From Vitrella brassicaformis CCMP3155 (Eukaryota > Protista > Chromerida), in assembly GCA_001179505.1 (NCBI GenBank), contig CDMY01000274.1:76558-140557 (forward strand): 64,000 bases of DNA. The letters run 5' to 3'. The translations under genes and the position numbers were made by a program. The notes beneath the pieces were generated by a model. The model did no database searches, had not been told where the DNA came from, and worked only from the letters and a program-made list of their open reading frames with translations. Below, piece by piece: positions 62,401-64,000 of this stretch (position 1 is the first letter of the stretch; each line of letters starts with the position of its first letter).

Positions 62401-63525
62401 TTAGGTTGGCTCCCTCCCTCTGTTCATGACGTCCTCCTCCAGGCTGAATCGCTTCAGCACACTCCGCCACATGGGCATCGACACCGGGAAATGCTCATCG
62501 AGGGAGGCAGACACACCGGCAGCAGCCGACTCGGTCGTCCACAGGCCGATGTCCCCCCTGTCCATCCACATAAAGGCTGCGACGGTATCGGTGGGCCGAA
62601 AGCCGCTCACAATCACATAACGATGGTCAATCGGATCGGCCGTATTGAGGTCCCCGCGGTCAAAGCGGCAGTCAGCCGTGATGCCCAGCTGCTCCGACAT
62701 GTCGCCAGCTGTCACCAGCCTCTGATAGCGGGGGTCGTCACGGTCGATGTCTGCAAACAGCACCTCCTTGAAGACCACCCCCGCTTCATCAGGCCACCGC
62801 ATCAGAGGCCTCGTGGTGAGGAATGCCGTGAAGGATGGATGAAGCCAGCGTCCCCGGCGGATTGCCGGATCGCTCTCTTTGTATGTGCTGCGGTGGGGAT
62901 GGTCGGCCGGCAGCTCAGCCAACGGCACCACCCGACACGAATAATCGCCGATCCGGTACTCTCCCTTGGCGGCTCGCCGCAGCGCCAGGCTCTGTCCTCT
63001 GTGTGTCACCTGATGTCCGATCAGCCGATAGATGGCCATCATCACTGGCACCGAATCAAAGGCCGCTCGGCTGCACAGGTGAGCCACCGACATGGTCAAG
63101 GGCAGCCCATTCGGGGTCAGCCGACAGATGGCGGCCAGCCGGACAGCCATGCCCATCACACGCCACTCACTGCCGCCCTGCTCCAACACATAAAGGCATC
63201 GCACCAAGTAGCCGAAGTGTGTCAGCCTGTTTGCACGTCGACAGGTAAGCCGTCTTGCAAATGCCAGCAGTGAGTGACGGACGACGGCAACAAAGCCACT
63301 AGGCTGATCGATATCGCCAGCAACAGCAGAGGCGTTGCGGTTGACATCAACAGTGCCACTCAGTTCGTGGCGGCCGAGGTATGTGTCGATGCGCTGCAGC
63401 AGCAGGCCAGCCGTGATCAGAGCCGCCTTGGCACTGCTGGTCGCTCGCAGGGCAATGACGTCACAGATGACAAGGGAGGGCAGAATCCGCTCACGCCAGA
63501 GCTCCTCAGGCACCAGATCACACAT
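62401..63525 (-). CDS. Intronless family protein, copy D
   Basis: MCDLVPEELWRERILPSLVICDVIALRATS..; central and C-terminal parts close to copy A (DDPRYQRL.TAGD, RYVIVSGFRPTDTVAAF, FPVSMP.WRSVLKRF). Confidence 0.8.
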   Translation of the reverse strand: MCDLVPEELWRERILPSLVICDVIALRATSSAKAALITAGLLLQRIDTYLGRHELSGTVDVNRNASAVAGDIDQPSGFVAVVRHSLLAFARRLTCRRANRLTHFGYLVRCLYVLEQGGSEWRVMGMAVRLAAICRLTPNGLPLTMSVAHLCSRAAFDSVPVMMAIYRLIGHQVTHRGQSLALRRAAKGEYRIGDYSCRVVPLAELPADHPHRSTYKESDPAIRRGRWLHPSFTAFLTTRPLMRWPDEAGVVFKEVLFADIDRDDPRYQRLVTAGDMSEQLGITADCRFDRGDLNTADPIDHRYVIVSGFRPTDTVAAFMWMDRGDIGLWTTESAAAGVSASLDEHFPVSMPMWRSVLKRFSLEEDVMNRGREPT

Positions 63526-64000
63526 CACAATGGCAGCAGTTGGTTGTGGCAGAGGCACCAAGCAGACTCTGAAACACACAGCCAACACACAACACATCAC
63601 ATCACCACGTCATGACGCATCAATCCTCTGGGCGCTTGTCGTGTTGCTCGAACTCACCGTGAGCCACTCACTTCGGTTTTCGCGCTCCTTTTTTCTTTCG
63701 GCTGGATGCCTGTGGTCGGTTGGAGCCTCTCAACCACCCCAGGAAGAGAAGATCACGCGGCGCCGTCTGTCAATGCGATCGCGAATGCGAGCTTGGCGCC
63801 AAAGCGATAGGGTGTGTGAAGTGCTTTGTCGAAGCGCCCGGTCCTTTCCGTCACCGCGCGTGCAGACTGCATGCGGGGTGTCTTCGTGAATCAGTGAGAT
63901 CTGTGTGCGCTTGGCAGTGACAATATCGCCTTGAAGCAAAACCGTCCGGTGGTGAGGCACACGAACGGCTGCATGTGCTACAAATGCTCGGCTGACTCTC

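Larger units (their letters stand above)
1..64000. repeat. Pervasive intronic and intergenic microsatellites: (TG)n/(CA)n, (TGTC)n, (GATG)n, (AG)n
   Basis: Seen in most introns; (TG)n usually lies just upstream of the 3' splice site on the sense strand. Confidence 0.95.

Noticed and set aside
63700-64000. Possible plus-strand gene start divergent from copy D
   Set aside because: Candidate exons are short and the frame is unresolved at the window edge.
1-64000. CRISPR array, rRNA or tRNA genes
   Set aside because: No regularly spaced repeat-spacer units or recognisable structural RNA; repeats are microsatellites or coding duplications.

Overview
Eukaryotic, GC-rich, very intron-dense DNA: short introns (~55-140 nt) full of (TG)n/(CA)n/(TGTC)n/(GATG)n, plus three 300-N gaps. 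The style and an intronless lineage-specific gene family suggest a chromerid alga such as Vitrella brassicaformis (inference, no search run). I rebuilt about 17 protein genes by manual splicing. Recognisable genes: plastid-type CysQ, an EF-hand two-pore channel, an RBR E3 ligase, the large NAD-glutamate dehydrogenase, RNPS1/SR45, GLOD4, a hotdog-fold (DUF4442-like) protein and a helical-repeat organellar protein. Most interesting: (1) an intact SAM-CHAT(caspase-like)-STAND/NB-ARC-TPR NLR-like protein; (2) four dispersed paralogs of a mosaic, F-box-like family whose core is intronless; (3) two modular receptors with one CRMP/TRP-like membrane domain but different ectodomains (Venus flytrap vs LRR), the LRR one carrying two in-frame TAGs in an otherwise phase-consistent multi-exon model; (4) many introns with 5'(CA)n...(TG)n3' polarity that could base-pair. 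No rRNA, tRNA, CRISPR array or transposase was recognised. Exon boundaries were read by eye and are approximate.
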